From Negaprion brevirostris (taxonomy: Eukaryota), in contig JARDVH010000154.1 of assembly GCA_030324005.1 (NCBI GenBank), positions 15,056,255-15,119,998 of the forward strand: a DNA stretch of 63,744 nucleotides. The letters are read 5' to 3'. The notes beneath the pieces are model-generated. The model worked only from the letters and a program-made list of their open reading frames with translations. It did no database searches and was not told the origin of the DNA. Positions within the stretch are counted from its first letter, which is position 1, and each line of letters begins with the position of its first letter. Positions 62,396 through 63,744 of this stretch are shown in pieces. Made by a program: the position numbers and the translations under genes.

Positions 62396-62900
62396 ATTAC
62401 AGGAGCCACACTCATTTGATCAAGACAGGTTTTTTTTAATAATCAAAATGGTTTGAACTATTCTGGAGGATGAAATTGCAGTAATCATTCCAACATTCCC
62501 CAAGCTGATGCCATCCCGGAGAGAAAAGCACATGCATATACAAAACATGTCTGTTGGCAAGTCGTCAAGTGTATGATTGTAGCCCACTGTGATATTTCAC
62601 TCCGGTTACTCAGTGGGCAAGTATTTGATCTCCAGTGAACTTTGTCATCTGGCAAACTGAAGTTGTCACCTTGTGTGGGGTGTGTGTGTGTGTGTACTGA
62701 TTGCAGTAATGCATAAACGTATGTCCATTTTTCCTCATGTTAAAATAGTCCTTAATTTGCCAAATTCCATTGTTTCTTTTCATGTGGCCACGGATGAGTA
62801 ATTCAAAATGAATGCTTCTAAACTTACAAACCCATATTTACAAACTGTTAATGCTGATCAATTTGAGAGATGTTTGTGAAGATGTTTAGCACCTAGTGTT

Positions 62901-63218
62901 TCATAGAATCTCTATAGTGCAGGAGGAGGCCATTTGGCCCATCGAGTCTGCACCAGCCACAATCCCACCAAGGCCCTATTACCCGTAACCTCATGTATTT
63001 ACCCTGATAACCTCCTTTTACACTAGGGTCAATTTAGCATGCCAGTCAACCTAATCTGCACATCTTTGGACTTGGAGGAAACCAGAGCACCAGAGGAAAC
63101 CCACGCAGACACAGGGAGAGTGTGCAAACTCCACATAGACAGTGATCCAAGCTGCAATAGAACCCAGGTCCCTGGCGCTGTGAGGCAGCGATGCTAACCA
63201 CTGTCACCATGCCACCCA
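62901..63218 (-). mobile_element. HE1-type V-SINE full length
   Basis: tcatagaatc tail to head gctaaccactgtcacc. Confidence 0.9.
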
Positions 63219-63597
63219 GTCATTATCACATTAGGATAATACATACTTGGAAACAGATTCCGGCTGCATCTTGTACTTCATTCTTGCCTTTAGAAGAAAA
63301 ATACCTGCTGCCATCTCCACAGCTGTTGTGAGACTGACTAGTACCTGCCCTTGTTAAATTATGGACAACTTTTTACTGTGGGTACAACCATTTGGGAACT
63401 GATTTGGGAGAGTTTCACAGATTATTCTCACAGTTGCTGGGAAAAAACAATTTCCAGCCCATCATTTTTTGCTATACTCAAACCCACATCAAAGAACATT
63501 TTGTTATCCTATGGTGCCACCTACTGTTCCATGTTGCAGGATTTCTGTTATCAGGCGGTTTGCATATCTCATGTATGCTGGCACTGGATTCTCTAAG

Positions 63598-63744
63598 CAA
63601 TAGAACATAGAACAGTACAGCACAGTACAGACCCTTTGGTCCTCTGTTGTGCCGAGATATGTTTGAACCCAAGATCAAACTATCCCACTCTCTATCATTC
63701 TGATGTGCTCCATGTGCCTATCCAATAGACACTTGAAAGTTCCT
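63598..63744 (-). mobile_element. CR1 3' end (runs off window)
   Basis: (atagaac)2 agtacagcacag..ccctttggtcc. Confidence 0.75.

Overview
Eukaryotic genomic DNA from a cartilaginous fish (inferred shark, from HE1/V-SINE, CR1, Rex1 and Deu-SINE content) in a gapped assembly. The window lies inside one + strand gene, ATP6V0A1 (V-ATPase V0 subunit a1). I mapped 19 constitutive GT-AG coding exons from the ATG at 9319 to 53230 (2408 nt, frame-consistent across all junctions). There is also an alternative acceptor adding AELHHQQ (27980) and an 18-nt neural-type microexon PTVEEL (49247-49264). The promoter/non-coding first exon and the terminal coding exon were not found in the window. Introns are full of retroposons and DNA-transposon fossils. 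Most notable are an inverted Penelope-like repeat with a minimal hammerhead ribozyme core (intact only antisense), a Jerky/JRK-like Tigger transposase fossil, V-SINEs with two different LINE-derived tails (CR1 vs Rex1), a Vingi-like fragment, and an intronic immune-type transcription-factor motif cluster. Family names come from recalled consensus similarity, not database searches, and repeat boundaries are approximate. I see no clear evidence of a wholly new biological system.
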